Shown in pieces: positions 61,010 through 64,000 of a stretch of 64,000 nucleotides of DNA. Position 1 is the first letter of the stretch; the number at the start of each line of letters is the position of its first letter. The DNA is taken from NCBI GenBank assembly GCA_010405405.1, contig MU004234.1, forward strand, positions 1,205,275 through 1,269,274, given 5' to 3'. The DNA comes from Microthyrium microscopicum (lineage: Eukaryota). Under the pieces are notes generated by a model, which made no database searches, was not told where the DNA came from, and saw only the letters and a list, made by a program, of their open reading frames with translations. A program made the position numbers and the translations under genes.

Positions 61010-63116
61010 TCAACATACGCCGTCTATGGGCCGGCGCCATGTGTTCTCGCGGACTGCGGCGTCGAGTTCGAAGCCGCTTATGATCTTAGACTCTACGAAT
61101 GTAGATACGCGCTTATACTTGCGGTCCGTATACTTGTCGAATACAGCGCCATGGTGTGAGCGGGGTTGTTCGCAGCAGTCCATGAGTACGCGAAGGAGAG
61201 GCAGAAGCTGTTGGTACGTGTACTGGCTGAAATGAGTATGAGCAGCGCCCCAGTCACCCTTGCCGAGCATCAGACGTGCTAAGCAGTGAGCGCCGGCAGC
61301 AATAAAGGATGGCACGCAGCCGACGAAGCGCTCGTCCATGAGGGAGACTTCGAGAAAGTACTTGGCGACAGTGCGCGTCTCGACACAGTAGTCATCTGCC
61401 TTTGAGATGCGGCGCAGGAAGCTCATTGGGCCAGGCCAGCCCATTTCAAACTTGAGCATGGTGAGCATGAAGCGCTCAGCCTTGAGAATTTCTTCGACCG
61501 TGTAACTGTTGTCGACCATGTATTGAATCTCACCGACGGAAGGGCAGTTGATCTCTTCGTACTTGGCAGCGACATAGATGGCGGTGGCACCGACGAGTTG
61601 GAGTTTGGCGAGGGAGACGACTTTGACGCTGAGAAATCGATCGATGCAGTTGACGGCAAGGAAGAGGGTTTCTGGCAGTAGCCCAAAGCGGGCATGTACT
61701 TGGACAACCCAATCTATGAGGACTGATCGCATCGACCACTGTATCTCTGCTTGAAGATCCATATAGTGCGCGCTTGGCTCCAGTTTGGCTTCTAGGTCTC
61801 GCATGTATGAGAAGATCTCGTCAGAGTATTCTGCAACCATGGTCATATCCCAGGCTTCGTCTTCGCTCATGTCAATGAAACCATTTCTCTCGACCCAATC
61901 TTTGGCGGCCATCAACTCGCGCTCTGTTCGATCGGTAGCGCGAGGATTGGAGACTACTACTGTTACGTTTGTGGTATTGTCTGCACTCATCTCACGAAGT
62001 GAGCGAGCTGTAACACAACCTTCGGCATCAAAGTACTCGTCTTCTTCCTCGTCCCAGTACTCTTCGAGCTCCGTTATGGCTGATGGTACGAGAGCTTGTT
62101 CATCTAGTGCAGGAGGAATAGAGTGGCGGACTTGAGACTCCAGCGCGGGGAGATAGAGCTCTGGTTCAATATTTTGATCCAGATAGAGTGGTTCGATGGG
62201 TGCAAAGTATTCGAGGGGTGGTAGTATACTCGCAACTGATGATGTGATTGACGAAATCAACGGCTGTAATGTTGATTCCGTCTTTTCGGACTTTATGAGT
62301 GCGGAAGAGAGGGACGGCTCTACCGTCAGGAGTGGGGCTGGTAAGTTATGTGCAATTGATAATGGCTCAATGTCTTCAGGCTGAGAGGCTTCTGAGGTCG
62401 GAAGGTTGGCAGGAGATGCTTGTTGAATGTCCTCGGTCACGACTGCCTTTGTTTCATGGCTTGACACTGCAGGTGCAGCTGTTGAGCCTATCGATGTCTC
62501 TCTGAATATAGTTGTATGGCGTTTGATCAGGGTTTTTCGCACTGGCGCAACATCGGTAGTTATGTGGTTTTGAGGCGCGGCCACGATATTGCTATTCACT
62601 GGCGCAGCTGGTAACGCCTTGTGAATGTTTGCCCCAAGTGGCTTTTGCGCTGGTCTAAGGAGTGTTTTAACCTTTGTGTTGATATCGACGCTCTCCAAAG
62701 GCTTCAAAGCAAGAGCTTCCTTCTGAGTTGTACGAATTGGCTTGACGTCTAAGAGTGTCTTCTTGGCTTTGCCATTGAGATCTCCTTGACCATTTGCAAC
62801 ATTGTGAGTATTGGAGACATCGGCGAAGGCGGCACGTCGAGCAGGGTTGGTCGATAGAGCGTTGGAGGATACTAGACTAGACAAGGCTGGAGTAGACTTG
62901 TTGCGCTGGTGTAGAGTCTTATTCTTTTGGCTTGGGAGGTTAACAGCGTTCTCGTCGCGTTGAACGGCAAAGCCGCGCAGTCTGAAAGGCTAGACAGGTC
63001 AGCAATTAGATCAATAATAAACGCGCCGGAAGCAAAGAAGGAATTTCAACACTCGAAAAACTGTCGATAGTCTTGTTTGCCAAGAGCAGCGAGAATAAAC
63101 ATACTCTAGAGTCCAT
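61010..63116 (-). CDS. B-type cyclin (Clb3/Clb4-like); exons 63116-63105 and 62989-61010
   Basis: Cyclin box [46 protein letters not shown]; D-box-like RAAFADVSN; ATG GAC TCT AGA|GTATGT first exon. Confidence 0.93.
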
Positions 63117-64000
63117 TGTTTGTATCGGAAGAAGTTCAGGCAATGTTGATTCGGAGATCCTAGAAAAGGGTTTCCAAGAGGAAAGGGCGCGAATGAAGCC
63201 CAATGGATCGTGCTGGCGTTCAGCGAGGCAAGACTCTAGATCCAGCTTGACGCAAGATGTTTTTGAAAGCTTCAGAGCTTTGCAGAGCTAGGCTGGCGGC
63301 GCGTGATAGCAAGGCAGCGATGAGGCACGATCAGATTGATTTGGAGGATGGAGATGCAGCTAAATGATGCAAAAGCATGTTCGATTGCTCACAGAGCTAA
63401 GAAGTTGGGAGCGGGTGGAGAGAGAAGTTGTTGGTGCAAAGATGCAAAGGAGCTGTTGTTTGTTTTGTCCCGAGAGCATTGAAGATGTTGACTGTTTACT
63501 CTCACCCCAGGAGCCAACCAGCAGCCTCAAAGGTTTCACGAGGTGACTTTGTCAGCAGCTAGTCACTTTTGAGGCTCACGCTCGAGCCTATGATTGACCT
63601 AGTCGCTCAACGCTAGGACTTAAACAGTATCTTACCATACCGCCAGTCGTTGCTGCTCTCTGATCCACTGGGAATGTAACATTTCAACACTATTACCTCT
63701 TTCTGCACCTCTTCATACTGTTTACTATTATCTCTTCAAGCTTTCATTTGTTTGTCGCACACTACCCGCCTGAACTGCGATCGATACCACAGCTAGAAAT
63801 CGCGAAACTGGTTCCTCACCGAAGACTTTTCTGTCGCGGTCGCGTTGTTTAAGACGCGCTAGTCCAGCCTGATTCAGCGCCACTATTTCTATCCACGCTT
63901 TTGAGCCAACTGCTACTGCCGACTCACGAACTTCTTGTTCTTTCCCCAGTCAAGACTCAAGGGCCTGCTGCGCTGTCAATCGTCAAACCCAATCACTCAT

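Noticed and set aside
63631..63638. ATG|GTAAGA as the cyclin first exon
   Set aside because: The closer MDSR|GTATGT exon gives a normal intron and a better N-terminus.

Overview
Intron-containing filamentous-ascomycete (Pezizomycotina) genomic DNA. I found no rRNA, tRNA, CRISPR array or intact transposon. Conserved genes: 3' end of DNA polymerase delta (POL3), an NAD(P)-binding Rossmann protein, TAD3, a secreted GH5, a GPI-type Ser/Thr-rich wall protein, an SREBP (SrbA/Sre1-type) bHLH factor, an NsdD/SUB-1-type GATA factor, TRM7, LSM3 (absent from the ORF track) and a B-type cyclin. srbA and nsdD are divergent across a ~13 kb gene-free region. That region holds dense GATC/GATCT clusters, a ~1.2 kb ATG-free leader and a possible long nested RNA hairpin built from two complementary hexamer arrays. 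Accessory content: two F-box-like orphans, two HET-domain genes (one with an N-terminal hydrophobic anchor, one disrupted at its 5' end), a HeLo-like-N/disordered protein with a duplicated C-terminal motif, a Zn2Cys6 factor beside an aldo-keto reductase, a 6-exon membrane protein, a kelch-type pseudogene and a 10-Cys secreted protein. Exon structures were read by eye from splice signals and frame continuity. Family names come from motif recognition, not database searches.
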